Shown here one piece after another: positions 1 to 10,077 of a DNA stretch of 64,000 bases. The notes under the pieces are model-generated. The model did no database searches and had not been told where the DNA came from. It worked only from the letters and a program-made list of their open reading frames with translations. Source of the stretch: a virus; the IMG/VR virus record IMGVR_UViG_3300023245_000013. One strand, written 5' to 3'. A program made the translations under genes and the position numbers. Every line of letters begins with the position of its first letter. The first letter of the stretch is position 1.

Positions 1-48
1 TTTTCTGAATTCTACCGTATATTGGAGGCACACTAAAAATGTCCCCTT

Positions 49-510
49 ATGTGGTTTAGAGAAATTTGGAAAGAAGACGAGCTTATAACATTAGACGCAC
101 AAAAGAATTCTATTAGTGCAGAGCTCGAAAATGCGCAGGAGTTTAGAATCGAACCCCACCACATCCAATTAGCATCAAGAATAGATATCACATTTGGAGC
201 AGACTACGACGTTTGCTACGAAGGTATATTCTGTACAGACGATAAGCGTCCGTTCGGAAATAAACCGTGGGACCAAGATATTGCAATAGAAATGGGAGAG
301 AAGACCCAGGAAGAGTTTTCAAAAATGGATTTAGAGGAATACAAAGCCTGGTACAAGGAGAATTATTTCCGAATGTATCGAGTATTTCAAGAGACGAAGA
401 TTGTGATGCAAATCGCATTAACAAACATGGCGTCTCCAATCAGATTTGGGACCACATACAAGAGAGGGTTAAATAGTAAAGTTTGGTCGGAAGTGCGCGA
501 CCCGTCATAG
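49..510 (+). CDS. hypothetical protein
   Basis: 153-aa ORF downstream of a CGTATA box at 16-21; no family recognised. Confidence 0.6.
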   Translation: MWFREIWKEDELITLDAQKNSISAELENAQEFRIEPHHIQLASRIDITFGADYDVCYEGIFCTDDKRPFGNKPWDQDIAIEMGEKTQEEFSKMDLEEYKAWYKENYFRMYRVFQETKIVMQIALTNMASPIRFGTTYKRGLNSKVWSEVRDPS

Positions 511-527
511 ATACAGAGTAGAGACTT

Positions 528-965
528 ATGGAAATAGATGATGCAGAATTAAAGAGTGCATGCGAACATTTGGGGGCGGACTTTGAAATACTTCGAGGAA
601 AGAAGTGTCCTTACTGCAAAGGCGAAACAAAATACGTGGATTCATCCCTTGTGTATGGTCGTAGTTATGGGATGATGTATTTATGCGAGCCCTGTGATGC
701 TTATGTTGGGGTTCACCATAAGACCTCAAAGGAGAGCTTAGGCAGTGTTGCCAAAGGAGAGCTTCGCAACTGGAGGAAGCAAGCCCACGCGGCTTTCGAC
801 CCCATTGCTTACGAGAGGAGAAAGAACTGGAACAGAAGAGAAGCCTACAGTTGGCTTAGAAAGAAAATGGGAATCCCCAAAGCATTGTGTCACATAGGCA
901 TGTTTTCTGTAAATAGATGCAAGAAGGTAATAGAAATTTGTAAAAAAACACCTTGGAATGAATAA
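528..965 (+). CDS. DUF3268-like zinc-finger protein
   Basis: CPYC...YLCEPCDAYVGVH...LRNWRKQAHAAFDP...CHIGMF pattern typical of the phage DUF3268 family. Confidence 0.7.
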   Translation: MEIDDAELKSACEHLGADFEILRGKKCPYCKGETKYVDSSLVYGRSYGMMYLCEPCDAYVGVHHKTSKESLGSVAKGELRNWRKQAHAAFDPIAYERRKNWNRREAYSWLRKKMGIPKALCHIGMFSVNRCKKVIEICKKTPWNE

Positions 966-1305
966 AATAATGGAGCTATGGGAGAAGTCAGGACTACTTA
1001 ACCATCTCAATGATTCGAAAAAAGTAGCATGCACAAGCAAGATGGAGGCGATGAAGAATTTTCTTCTATCTCCAGGCTATGAAAAAATGATTAAACAGGT
1101 GAAGTCGATAACAGTTAATCCTGCAATGGTGATGTTCCCAATCGTGCGACGGTTGTTCGACAAGGGCCAAGAGTTTGATTCAGCAAACCTGGTCAAAAAC
1201 TTTCTTGATTTTTGCGAAGAAAACCAGTTCAAAGCAAAATACGCAGCAGCGGAAGACCCAGAGCTTGAACTCACTTTTGATTTCTGCGATGAATACGCAG
1301 TATGA
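958..1305 (+). CDS. hypothetical protein
   Basis: 115-aa ORF coupled to both neighbours; N-terminus LWEKSGLLNHL resembles large-phage capsid leader segments (recalled). Confidence 0.6.
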   Translation: MNKIMELWEKSGLLNHLNDSKKVACTSKMEAMKNFLLSPGYEKMIKQVKSITVNPAMVMFPIVRRLFDKGQEFDSANLVKNFLDFCEENQFKAKYAAAEDPELELTFDFCDEYAV

Positions 1306-1751
1306 TGCCCCCAGTTAAAAAGTTTGTATCCGAATTTAAAAAGTTTGCTCTCAAAGCGAACTTCGTAGACATGGTCGTGGGAATCATAGTCGGAATGAAA
1401 TTCAGTGTCTTAATTAATTCTTTAGTCAAAGACATTATAATGCCTCCTTTCTCTTTGTTTACATCTTATGCAAATTTTGCTGATATGCAATTAACATTAA
1501 GGAATGAAACAAAACTAAATGGAGACGTCATAAAAGAAGCGGTGTCGATAAATTATGGACAGTTTATAGAGGTTGCAATTGACTTTTTAATTGTAGCTTT
1601 GGTAATGTATTTTGTAGTAAAAGGATATAACCTATATAAGGCTCGCCGAGAGGACCCAGACGACAAGACTGAGGAGACTCCAAAAGATATAGAATTACTC
1701 AAATCCATCGATGATGGTTTAAAGGAGCTCAACAATAACCTTACTAAATGA
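1302..1751 (+). CDS. mscL: large-conductance mechanosensitive channel MscL
   Basis: EFKKFALKANFVDMVVGIIVG, LVKDIIMPP, INYGQFIEVAIDFLIVA and C-terminal ELLKSIDD motifs. Confidence 0.9.
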   Translation: MMPPVKKFVSEFKKFALKANFVDMVVGIIVGMKFSVLINSLVKDIIMPPFSLFTSYANFADMQLTLRNETKLNGDVIKEAVSINYGQFIEVAIDFLIVALVMYFVVKGYNLYKARREDPDDKTEETPKDIELLKSIDDGLKELNNNLTK

Positions 1752-2830
1752 CGAAAATAAAACTCCAAAAGAAATTTTTAAAAGAATACCTGAACACATG
1801 CTCGCCTAGTGGGTTTGAAGTTCAGATGGGTGGACAGCAAGTGTGGGTAAAACACATTTCAGATTACGTGGATAATGTTTACCTGGACACATATGGAAGC
1901 GCCATAGCCGAAATGGGAGATATGGATTCCGATTACACAGTAATGATTGAGGCCCATGCTGACGAGATTGCTTGGTATGTTCAACAAGTTGACAGCCGAG
2001 GTTATCTTAAAGTGATTCGCAACGGAGGAAGCGATACTCAAATAGCCCCATCTATGCGAGTAGATGTATGGGGAACCAAAGGAAAAATTCAAGGAGTGTT
2101 CGGTCATCCAGCAATTCATGTAAAAGGGCGAGCGAAAGAATCGACATTGGAAAGCATCTTTGTGGACATCGGAGCAAAAAATAAGAAGGATGCCGAGAAA
2201 ATGGGAATCGAAGTAGGAACCATCATCACATTCCAAGCGGACTTCATGAGGCTCGGAAAAGATTACTTCACCGCAAAAGCTCTCGACAACAAGATTGGCG
2301 GATTTGCAATAGCGGAAGTCGCAAGACTCTTGAAGGAGAACAATGTGGAATTACCATTTAAGCTTTGTGTGGTGAACGCCGTACAAGAGGAGATTGGTTT
2401 GCGTGGAGCAGGTATGGTTGCGAAGCGAATAGAGCCCGATGTGGCGTTCGTAGTGGATGTTTGTCACGAAACCACGTCACCAGCATACAACTCGTCAAAA
2501 CAAGGCTTGTTTGAGGCTGGGCAAGGCGGTGTGTTGACTATCGCTCCAGCGGTTCAAAATAATCTTCTTAAAATGGTTCGAGAGGTTTGTGACAGCAACG
2601 CCATCCCGTATCAGTTAGCAGCGTCTTCTAACCACACTGGAACAGATACAGACGCAATTGCTTATGCTGGTGAAGGAACAGCATCTGTTCTAATGTCTTT
2701 CCCGCTAAAATACATGCACACAACAGTTGAGACTGTACATAAAGAAGATGTAAAAAGTGTTATCGCATCAATGTACGAGTTTTTAATTCAATTGAAAGCG
2801 GGCCACGACTTCAAATACAAGATGTCATAA
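1748..2830 (+). CDS. M42 family aminopeptidase
   Basis: EAHADEI, KALDNKIG, VQEEIGLRGA, VDVCH, GTDTD and YMHTTVE metal-binding motifs. Confidence 0.9.
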   Translation: MTKIKLQKKFLKEYLNTCSPSGFEVQMGGQQVWVKHISDYVDNVYLDTYGSAIAEMGDMDSDYTVMIEAHADEIAWYVQQVDSRGYLKVIRNGGSDTQIAPSMRVDVWGTKGKIQGVFGHPAIHVKGRAKESTLESIFVDIGAKNKKDAEKMGIEVGTIITFQADFMRLGKDYFTAKALDNKIGGFAIAEVARLLKENNVELPFKLCVVNAVQEEIGLRGAGMVAKRIEPDVAFVVDVCHETTSPAYNSSKQGLFEAGQGGVLTIAPAVQNNLLKMVREVCDSNAIPYQLAASSNHTGTDTDAIAYAGEGTASVLMSFPLKYMHTTVETVHKEDVKSVIASMYEFLIQLKAGHDFKYKMS

Positions 2831-3264
2831 TGGGAGATATAGAAAAATGTTTGACAGTTCAAATTTTCGGAGACACCGAGATTTCTGACTTAGATTTCGA
2901 AACCAGAGAGTCTCTCCCTGGCTGGAATGAGCCAGGCGCAGATTGCGTTTACTGTAAGCGTGAGATTCGCCTTGATAAAGATGGTGAGATTCTCAATAGA
3001 TACCTAACTGCAGGAGGGGCGTGGGTCTCTATTGAACAAATAGAAAAGCTTCTTGCTGACTTTAAATCCAAAGGAGCAACCCACGTAAAAATTGAACATC
3101 ATTCCGACCACAGTGGGTATATGTTTGACTATGGAGTGCTCCGATTATCTACTCAAGAGGATATTGCCACGGCAGATTTGCATGAAGAGAAGCATCAGCT
3201 TTCACGAAACGAATCCAGGATTAAACAATTAGAAAACGAATTGGCCATTCTAAAAGGAAAATAA
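2830..3264 (+). CDS. hypothetical protein
   Basis: 144-aa ORF, start overlaps upstream stop. Confidence 0.6.
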   Translation: MGDIEKCLTVQIFGDTEISDLDFETRESLPGWNEPGADCVYCKREIRLDKDGEILNRYLTAGGAWVSIEQIEKLLADFKSKGATHVKIEHHSDHSGYMFDYGVLRLSTQEDIATADLHEEKHQLSRNESRIKQLENELAILKGK

Positions 3265-3268
3265 GGAT

Positions 3269-3577
3269 ATGGGATTCAAAGTATACAAACGTCCGTGCAA
3301 AAACTGCTTGCTCACAAAAAACAGAATTGTCTCTCCAGAACGAGCTAGTGAAATCATTCAAACATGTGTAAAAGAGCAAACGTATTTCACTTGCCATAAA
3401 GACATGACAGGGGAAGGAAAAGAAGGGGTTTGTTGCAAAAAGTTCTACGATGACCTAGGGCACGTGAGTCAGATGATTAGAATTTCAGAACGTCTTAATA
3501 TGATTGAGATGGTGGACCAGCCAGATACAGAAAGGCTAATAACATGGGAAGAGATGGACGCTAACAAGAAAAGGTGA
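3269..3577 (+). CDS. hypothetical Cys-rich protein
   Basis: PCKNC, FTCHK and VCCKKF putative metal ligands. Confidence 0.6.
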   Translation: MGFKVYKRPCKNCLLTKNRIVSPERASEIIQTCVKEQTYFTCHKDMTGEGKEGVCCKKFYDDLGHVSQMIRISERLNMIEMVDQPDTERLITWEEMDANKKR

Positions 3578-3602
3578 AACTTTTTAAGCTGAGGCTCGTA
3601 TA
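3576..3602 (+). promoter_or_regulatory. phage promoter motif GWAAC-N16-CGTATA (representative of 17 copies)
   Basis: Exact 16-nt spacer in copies starting at 3576, 4957, 5948, 15243, 29181, 31116, 40304, 41551, 43061, 45297, 45878, 46484, 47724, 47797, 49670, 56064 and 59965; all lie upstream of + strand ORF starts. Confidence 0.85.
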
Positions 3603-3621
3603 TTGATAATAAATCAGTCTT

Positions 3622-4404
3622 ATGAGTTTATACAAAAAGTTTCAAAAGCGCATAGAAGATGAAATGAACCATCATTCAGATGCGCATGCGCATGACATAA
3701 TTGGTGTGTGGGGCACATTCATGAAAATGATGGGTGAGGCCAATTTCAATAAGATGCTCTCCTGTTACATGAAACCAGAACCAGGGCACTGGGAAAACTC
3801 AGAAGACGCATTTCAAGGCTTCCACAAAGGATTGCGCCAAGGAGATATTTTTAGCTGTTTTGTACGAACTAAAGAAGTTCCAGTTCCAGATGTGGAAGGG
3901 AAAAAGAAAGGAAGAACAAGAGCAGTCATTGACGAGCATATTGACGGCCACATCGAAAGCTTAATTTGGACAATGATTCACTTGGACCAAAACGACTCAT
4001 TTCAAAAAACCTTTAGGCTCTACTGGGACCTGCATCAACAAGAAGTTCCAATAGTGGACTTTGTTTTTGAGAGAAAATCAGATAAAGATTGGGATGATAA
4101 CTTCAACGGGTTAGTTGGAGTTAGGATTGAAGGCCAGGAGGAATTCTTGAGCAAAAAGCAGTTCGACGAGCTGTTCCCTAAGCTAGACACCATCTCGCTC
4201 AAGATTGAGCATGGAATCAAAAAATACAAATGGAACACTGGTCAAGAGGTGAAGCCTAAAGATGCAACCAACTATGCTGCGTTTGACTACCCACTTTACG
4301 AAGGAAGCAGAGACATAGGAGACATTATCTCTTGGGAATCGACAACCAACACCCCATTTAAATTCATTCAAACTATTGTTCTCCCTAAACCTCAGAAAGC
4401 ATAA
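3622..4404 (+). CDS. hypothetical protein
   Basis: 260-aa ORF behind promoter motif. Confidence 0.65.
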   Translation: MSLYKKFQKRIEDEMNHHSDAHAHDIIGVWGTFMKMMGEANFNKMLSCYMKPEPGHWENSEDAFQGFHKGLRQGDIFSCFVRTKEVPVPDVEGKKKGRTRAVIDEHIDGHIESLIWTMIHLDQNDSFQKTFRLYWDLHQQEVPIVDFVFERKSDKDWDDNFNGLVGVRIEGQEEFLSKKQFDELFPKLDTISLKIEHGIKKYKWNTGQEVKPKDATNYAAFDYPLYEGSRDIGDIISWESTTNTPFKFIQTIVLPKPQKA

Positions 4405-4955
4405 TGCGGATATTTTCAACAAAATGGTGGCGCGATAGGGCCCTGAAGAAAGTTCGCCCAGAGCGAAGCAAGTTGTTTTCCGATGGCTCCGTTATAAGAG
4501 CAACAAGAGGAGCGCCAAACAAAACTAAGAAGACCTGGATTCTAATCGTGGATAGAGTCGATAAGGACCAGTTGAGACTGTTAACGGATTACGGAATAAT
4601 CTGGTACAGAGTAGACGGAACGAGAGTAGTAGACCTCCCAGAAGGTGTAAAGACTGCTTGGAATTACATGTCTAACAATGACGTAAACGATTACGACCGA
4701 GAAAAGATTGTAGCAGAGCAACTTCAAGAAGCCAAAGGAGCCAACGGCTCAGACGTTTTGGAATTCGATATGTTTTGTATATTCCTTCCCGAACACCCTA
4801 AGTCTATCTATGCAGGATTTGCCTTAGAGGATGATTGCATGGGATTCCTAACGAAAATCAACATCACACGCCAGGCCCAGGATGAAAAATTAGCCTACTG
4901 GAAAAATCAGAAAGTGAGATATTTATTCACCACAGAGCATATCACAGAAGCCTAA
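4404..4955 (+). CDS. hypothetical protein
   Basis: 183-aa ORF, start overlaps upstream stop. Confidence 0.6.
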   Translation: MRIFSTKWWRDRALKKVRPERSKLFSDGSVIRATRGAPNKTKKTWILIVDRVDKDQLRLLTDYGIIWYRVDGTRVVDLPEGVKTAWNYMSNNDVNDYDREKIVAEQLQEAKGANGSDVLEFDMFCIFLPEHPKSIYAGFALEDDCMGFLTKINITRQAQDEKLAYWKNQKVRYLFTTEHITEA

Positions 4956-4985
4956 TGTAACCTTTTTAAATTCTCACCGTATACT

Positions 4986-5951
4986 GTGAATGAGCACTAT
5001 ATAAATATAATCATGGAAGAACAAGACTTAGCAGACCAATTAAAACCACAGTTGACGCCGTCTACCAAAGTGATAGACATTCCTTTACAAGTTTTTCTCA
5101 CAGAACACAATCTTCTTAATGATTTATTTTCGTTTGATGGAGGAATCGTTAAAGAGCAAGTGTATTTTGTAACTGGCTCCTCAGGGGCAGGCAAAACCAC
5201 ACTATTTACTCAACTACAATGTGAGCTTAAAAGCATGAAGTCCGCACAATATCAAAGAGAGTCTAGCGCAGGTAAAGTGCGCTCTCGTAATCAAAACATG
5301 GACTTCCATGCTAATGCTCATTTGGACGACGAGAGAAGCATTCCTACGCTTGTCTCTTTTTTGGAATTGACAAAAGAAAACAAAACAGAGTTCATCATTG
5401 TGGACTCACTTCAAACTGCTGCATCTGATATTCCAGGCGGAAAATTAGAGCGCGAAGTAGAGGCGGTTCGTATGCTTCTTAAATGGGCGAAAGAAACTGG
5501 GGGAACAGTGTTCGTTATTGGCATGGTAACCAAGGAAGAGGATTTTGCAGGTTCTCAAGAAGCAATGCAATTGGTTGATGCTCACTTGCACTTGACTTTC
5601 GATAAGAAAGCAAACGAACGCTACTTAGAATTCCAGCAAAAAAACCGAGATGGAGAGGTTTATAAGCGATTATACTACTCGTTCCGTGAAGACAGAAAAG
5701 GTGTCCAGTTTTGGTCACCCTCAGAATGGATGGTGCACAAACGAGGATATACTTTGGCTGATATGATTCAATCTGCAATGCAAGGCTACATTGATGCGTG
5801 GAGGAATCATGACAATTACGAGGATTTCAAGGCTGAAATGACTATTAGTCAAAACAAGCTAGTGAAAGAAGGGTTTGATAGCCAAGTTGAATACCAGTGT
5901 GGTTTGCTTATGATTTGTCAATCTTCAATGGAGACTCATTTTGGAATGTAA
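4986..5951 (+). CDS. RadA/Sms-like RecA-superfamily ATPase
   Basis: Walker A GSSGAGKTT, Walker B IIVDSLQT, GMVTKEEDFAGS and LVDAHLHL resemble the RadA/Sms ATPase core; no Zn finger or Lon-like domain. Confidence 0.7.
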   Translation: MNEHYINIIMEEQDLADQLKPQLTPSTKVIDIPLQVFLTEHNLLNDLFSFDGGIVKEQVYFVTGSSGAGKTTLFTQLQCELKSMKSAQYQRESSAGKVRSRNQNMDFHANAHLDDERSIPTLVSFLELTKENKTEFIIVDSLQTAASDIPGGKLEREVEAVRMLLKWAKETGGTVFVIGMVTKEEDFAGSQEAMQLVDAHLHLTFDKKANERYLEFQQKNRDGEVYKRLYYSFREDRKGVQFWSPSEWMVHKRGYTLADMIQSAMQGYIDAWRNHDNYEDFKAEMTISQNKLVKEGFDSQVEYQCGLLMICQSSMETHFGM

Positions 5952-5996
5952 CTTAATTCAATTTCTTGCGTATATTGAGCATTAAAAACAATAGCA

Positions 5997-6611
5997 ATGG
6001 GATGTGATATTCACATGTTTTCAGAGCGCAAGCCACAACGGCCAGCAATGGATGAAGACAAAGAAGTTTGGGAAAATTGTGACCTGTTCACGATGAATAA
6101 ATACTTCGAGAGAGATAACGAAGAAGGTGAAAGCCAGTTTAATGTTGTCGAGGTCTGCGGAGGAAGGAATTACGATTTGTTCGGAGTCTTGGCCAACGTC
6201 AGAAACGAAAGGGATAATAATTTTATATGCGAACCCAAAGGCATTCCTAGCGATTGTTGTGCGTACATCATGGAACAACAAGAGTATTGGGGCGGTGATG
6301 GTCATTCGCATTCCTGGTTAACTTTGGCAGAGCTAAAAGAATACAGAAAAAACCAGAAAGAGACTAAATACTCTGGGTTTATGTCGCCAGACGATGCAGC
6401 ACGAGTAGATGCGGGAGAAATGCCTAAATTTTGGTGGCACGGTGGAAACGCACCAAGCCAAATTTTTAGAAAGTGGGAATCTCAAAGAGATACTCTCAAA
6501 GGCCTGATTGAGGCGATGGAGCAAAGAAAAGAAGAAGTTTTTAGATACGATAATAGGTCAAATGAAAAAAAAGATTTGGAGTACCGAATTGTTTTCTGGT
6601 TTGACAACTAA
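5997..6611 (+). CDS. conserved phage hypothetical protein
   Basis: MGCDIH...RNYDLFGVLANVRN...GHSHSWLTLAEL...RIVFWFDN, a widespread phage family. Confidence 0.7.
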   Translation: MGCDIHMFSERKPQRPAMDEDKEVWENCDLFTMNKYFERDNEEGESQFNVVEVCGGRNYDLFGVLANVRNERDNNFICEPKGIPSDCCAYIMEQQEYWGGDGHSHSWLTLAELKEYRKNQKETKYSGFMSPDDAARVDAGEMPKFWWHGGNAPSQIFRKWESQRDTLKGLIEAMEQRKEEVFRYDNRSNEKKDLEYRIVFWFDN

Positions 6612-6622
6612 CATAAGCGAAC

Positions 6623-7249
6623 ATGAGTCAGTTTAAAAAAGGAATATTCGACCTCACACCAGAGCAAGAATCAATGTCAAAGATGTTTTACAATGGTAAA
6701 ATAATCAAATTCATCATCGTCCCATACTCTTCTTACAACGACCTAGAGAAGATGATTCCCATCACCAAGACGACATTCTTATTTCCAGAGAGAGAAATGA
6801 ATATGGAACAAATCAGAGGATTTGTATCTATGATTGTGGCTCAAGATACTCAAGAGGAAACAATCGTGTTCACTAAGGAACAGTCGATTATCTTAGATAT
6901 GATTGACGGCTGTGTGAGAGTCATGGACTACAAAGGGGAGCTTCACGATTGCCCTTGTAAGACAATGATGGCCAACATCCACACTATTCAGTATGACATT
7001 CTCCGAAACAAAGAGTTTGCTCCACCAGAAGGTTTTCGTGATTTAATGAGAGACGCCATCAACGTCCTAATTAAATCTGTCAATGACAAAAAGGAAGCTA
7101 AGGACCAATTTGAGATTGGTGAGTATAACTCACTCCAAATGAAGATTGAAAACATCGGGGAGCAGCTAATTAGAGTCAAACTCTTGGAAATGTTGAAAGA
7201 CGTTGGATATAAAGGGCAGACTACTCAAAACAAGATTGACTTTATCTAA
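6623..7249 (+). CDS. hypothetical protein
   Basis: 208-aa ORF. Confidence 0.6.
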   Translation: MSQFKKGIFDLTPEQESMSKMFYNGKIIKFIIVPYSSYNDLEKMIPITKTTFLFPEREMNMEQIRGFVSMIVAQDTQEETIVFTKEQSIILDMIDGCVRVMDYKGELHDCPCKTMMANIHTIQYDILRNKEFAPPEGFRDLMRDAINVLIKSVNDKKEAKDQFEIGEYNSLQMKIENIGEQLIRVKLLEMLKDVGYKGQTTQNKIDFI

Positions 7250-7267
7250 GCTGAAATAGACAGGCTA

Positions 7268-7295
7268 GAGGCGACTAAATAGAGGCGACTAAATA
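7268..7295 (+). repeat. 14-nt tandem duplication GAGGCGACTAAATA x2
   Basis: Direct read of intergenic sequence. Confidence 0.7.
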
Positions 7296-7312
7296 GGTTT
7301 TCGTGCCTATTT

Positions 7313-7714
7313 ATGGGAAACCAAATAGGCGTGAAATTAATCCGTTCCATAGTAAGAAGTGCTCTTTTTGAGAAATACGCAATTCATGAAAATGATGGGC
7401 AAGCCCATGTGTATGCGACAAACGACAAGGGTAAGTTTCCTTATGAAGGAAGGGAGGCGACACAGGTTCCTCAAGACGTAGACCCCGTAGCAGATTATCT
7501 GTGGGACTATGCTCAACTAGCTGACAATAAAGAGATTTATGAATTTCCAACAACGGAATTCAATCTCGGATTGAAAATCGAAAAACAGAGAAACCCAGAA
7601 TTTAACATCTTAGAAGTGGCCGACAAGGTGATTTCACAACTGAAAGGCAACCCTCAATTCTATTCTGAATTAAGGGAGAAATACCGCTTTGGCACAAAGC
7701 CAGTTCAGTGGTGA
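7313..7714 (+). CDS. hypothetical protein
   Basis: 133-aa ORF preceded by TATTTAT, a candidate late-promoter motif. Confidence 0.55.
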   Translation: MGNQIGVKLIRSIVRSALFEKYAIHENDGQAHVYATNDKGKFPYEGREATQVPQDVDPVADYLWDYAQLADNKEIYEFPTTEFNLGLKIEKQRNPEFNILEVADKVISQLKGNPQFYSELREKYRFGTKPVQW

Positions 7715-7734
7715 TAACTTTTAAAAAGGTGGTT

Positions 7735-7923
7735 ATGAAAATTATAACACGTAGTGTAAAGAAGATTGTTTTTGAAGCAACTGCAGACGAGCTAAGAAGA
7801 AGAGGTTTCGATTCTTTGTGGGATGAAATTCGAAAGAACTATCCTGAAAAAAAATTTGACCTTCATACAATTGAAGAAGAAGACAGCATTTATTTTGAAT
7901 TAAAGCCGTCACTGGTGGTATAG
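7735..7923 (+). CDS. hypothetical protein
   Basis: Short ORF; ATG at 7735 preferred over GTG at 7708. Confidence 0.5.
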   Translation: MKIITRSVKKIVFEATADELRRRGFDSLWDEIRKNYPEKKFDLHTIEEEDSIYFELKPSLVV

Positions 7924-7958
7924 TGAACTACCCACAAACGTAAAAACGATTTGTGGGC
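7924..7958 (-). mobile_element. IS200/IS605-like end remnant
   Basis: Reverse complement reads CCCACAAATCG...GTTTGTGGGTAGTTCAC: a hairpin followed by GGGTAGTTCAC, the same terminus as at 25931-25941. Confidence 0.45.
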
Positions 7959-8031
7959 ATCATGAATAAATTTGAATTTGTCCCATTTTATGTCTATTGT
8001 TGTACTACAATATAACAATAGACATAAAAAA

Positions 8032-10077
8032 ATGGCAGGACGAGCATTTTCTCAAGACCCTGATGACGATGAAAAAGGGATGGGCCCTTCTTTCACAGAG
8101 GGTTCCACGCAGGTATTAGAACATTTTGGTAGAGACCTAACGCTGCTAGCAGCAAAAGGAGAACTCGACCCTGTAATAGGGCGAGAAGAAGAAATCGACA
8201 TGATGGTCCAAATTCTCAACAAAAGAAAGAAGAATAACCCCATAATCGTAGGAGAGGCTGGAACAGGAAAAACAGCATTAGTCGAAGGGCTGGCTTTGCG
8301 AATCGTAAATCGCAAAACTGATAGATGGTTACTCAATAAAAGAATTATTGAATTAAATTTGTCCTCCTTGGTCGGAGGAACAAAGTACCGTGGCCAGTTC
8401 GAAGAGCGAATGAAGGCTATTATTGACGAAGCAGTAAAAAATGACGATGTTATCATATTTATTGATGAAATTCACAATCTCATGGGAGCTGGTGGTGCAT
8501 CTGGTTCAATGGATGCATCTCAAATCATTAAACCAGAGCTAGCTCGTGGTACAATGCGTGTTATTGGAGCAACAACTTTAGAGGAACACAAAAAAACAAT
8601 TGCTAATGACTCAGCGCTTGATAGAAGATTTCAGAAAGTCATGCTGTCGGTTCCAACTGCGAAGCAGACGGTTGAAATTCTAAAACAAATAAAGGAACGC
8701 TATGAAGATTATCACGGCGTATCATTTTCAGACGAAACATTAGAATTTATAGTTGAGCTGTCAGATAGATATATTAACTACAGGAATTTCCCAGATAAAG
8801 CAATAGATGTCTTAGATGAAGTCGGCTCAAAAGCAAAGCTTGGATTTAGAGAAATACCTAAAGACCTAAAAGATGCCGAAGAAGGTCTTCAAGAGATTGA
8901 ACAAGATAAGAAAAAAGCCGTAGCGAAGCAGCAATATGAAGTCGCAGCAAAACTTCGCGATAAAGAGCGAAGCACTAAGCAGAACATCCAGAATATGACT
9001 GAAAAATGGAAGCAGTCCTTAAAAGATGACAAACAACCTATCACAAAAAAAGACGTAGCAGCAATCATCGCATCCCACACAGGTATACCTGTGTCTAAGC
9101 TTACAGATAATGAAAGCAATAAGCTCTTGAAAATGCAAACATACCTTTCAGATAGAGTCATCGGACAGAAAGTAGCTATTGAAAAAATTTGTGAGGCAGT
9201 CCAAAGGTCTCGCGTAGGCATACAGGACCCAAACAAACCAATTGCATCTTTATTGTTTTTAGGTTCAACAGGAGTAGGTAAGACATACTTAAGCAAAATG
9301 CTAGCTGAGTACATGTTTGACCTCCCAGAGTCTTTCATTAGGTTTGATATGAGTGAATACATGGAGAAGATATCGGTCGCTAAGTTGATTGGGTCTCCCC
9401 CTGGTTACATTGGCCATGAAGACAAGGGTTTGTTGACTGAAAAAATTAAGAACCAACCTTACTCCATACTATTGTTTGATGAAATAGAGAAAGCGCATCC
9501 AGACGTATTCAATATTATGCTTCAAATTTTTGACGAAGGCAAACTGACGGATAATCATGGGCAAGAGATTAACTTTAAAAACACTGTCATCATTATGACA
9601 TCAAATATTGGAACTGATAAGCTGTTTAAGAATAAATCACTTGGATTTGCTGCAAAAGAAACAGAGCAAGAAGATATTGAGAAACTTATCATGGGAGAGC
9701 TTGGAAATTTTTTCAGACCAGAGCTAATCAACCGCATTGACGAGAAAATAATCTTCATGCCACTTACAAAGGACGAGATAATGGACATTGTTAGCTTGGA
9801 ACTACAAGTTGTTATAAGCAGAATTGAACAAAGAGGTTATAAGGTTAAAGTGTCAGACAGTGTGAAAGATTTCATAGCAGACGTAGGTTATGATAAGAAG
9901 TTTGGAGCAAGACCCCTTAAAAGAGCTATAACATCACATTTGGAGAACACTTTTGCGCAAGCTGTCCTCAAGGGCGAAATAAAAGAAGGAGCCTCAATAA
10001 CCTTCTCTTATAGAGAGAAAGATAAAAAGGTGTTTATCCAAAAAAGAAATACGAATGCTAAAAATAAAGCCGAATAA
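8032..10077 (+). CDS. ClpC/ClpA-like Hsp100 ATPase lacking the N-terminal Clp-N domain
   Basis: LDPVIGREEEI, GEAGTGKT, FIDEIH, UVR-like [41 protein letters not shown]; ATG 8032 preferred. Confidence 0.9.
   Translation: MAGRAFSQDPDDDEKGMGPSFTEGSTQVLEHFGRDLTLLAAKGELDPVIGREEEIDMMVQILNKRKKNNPIIVGEAGTGKTALVEGLALRIVNRKTDRWLLNKRIIELNLSSLVGGTKYRGQFEERMKAIIDEAVKNDDVIIFIDEIHNLMGAGGASGSMDASQIIKPELARGTMRVIGATTLEEHKKTIANDSALDRRFQKVMLSVPTAKQTVEILKQIKERYEDYHGVSFSDETLEFIVELSDRYINYRNFPDKAIDVLDEVGSKAKLGFREIPKDLKDAEEGLQEIEQDKKKAVAKQQYEVAAKLRDKERSTKQNIQNMTEKWKQSLKDDKQPITKKDVAAIIASHTGIPVSKLTDNESNKLLKMQTYLSDRVIGQKVAIEKICEAVQRSRVGIQDPNKPIASLLFLGSTGVGKTYLSKMLAEYMFDLPESFIRFDMSEYMEKISVAKLIGSPPGYIGHEDKGLLTEKIKNQPYSILLFDEIEKAHPDVFNIMLQIFDEGKLTDNHGQEINFKNTVIIMTSNIGTDKLFKNKSLGFAAKETEQEDIEKLIMGELGNFFRPELINRIDEKIIFMPLTKDEIMDIVSLELQVVISRIEQRGYKVKVSDSVKDFIADVGYDKKFGARPLKRAITSHLENTFAQAVLKGEIKEGASITFSYREKDKKVFIQKRNTNAKNKAE

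Noticed and set aside
8052-9788. Long antisense ORFs opposite clp, rsr, clpB and ABC genes
   Set aside because: Shadow frames of well-supported genes, with no motifs or start context.
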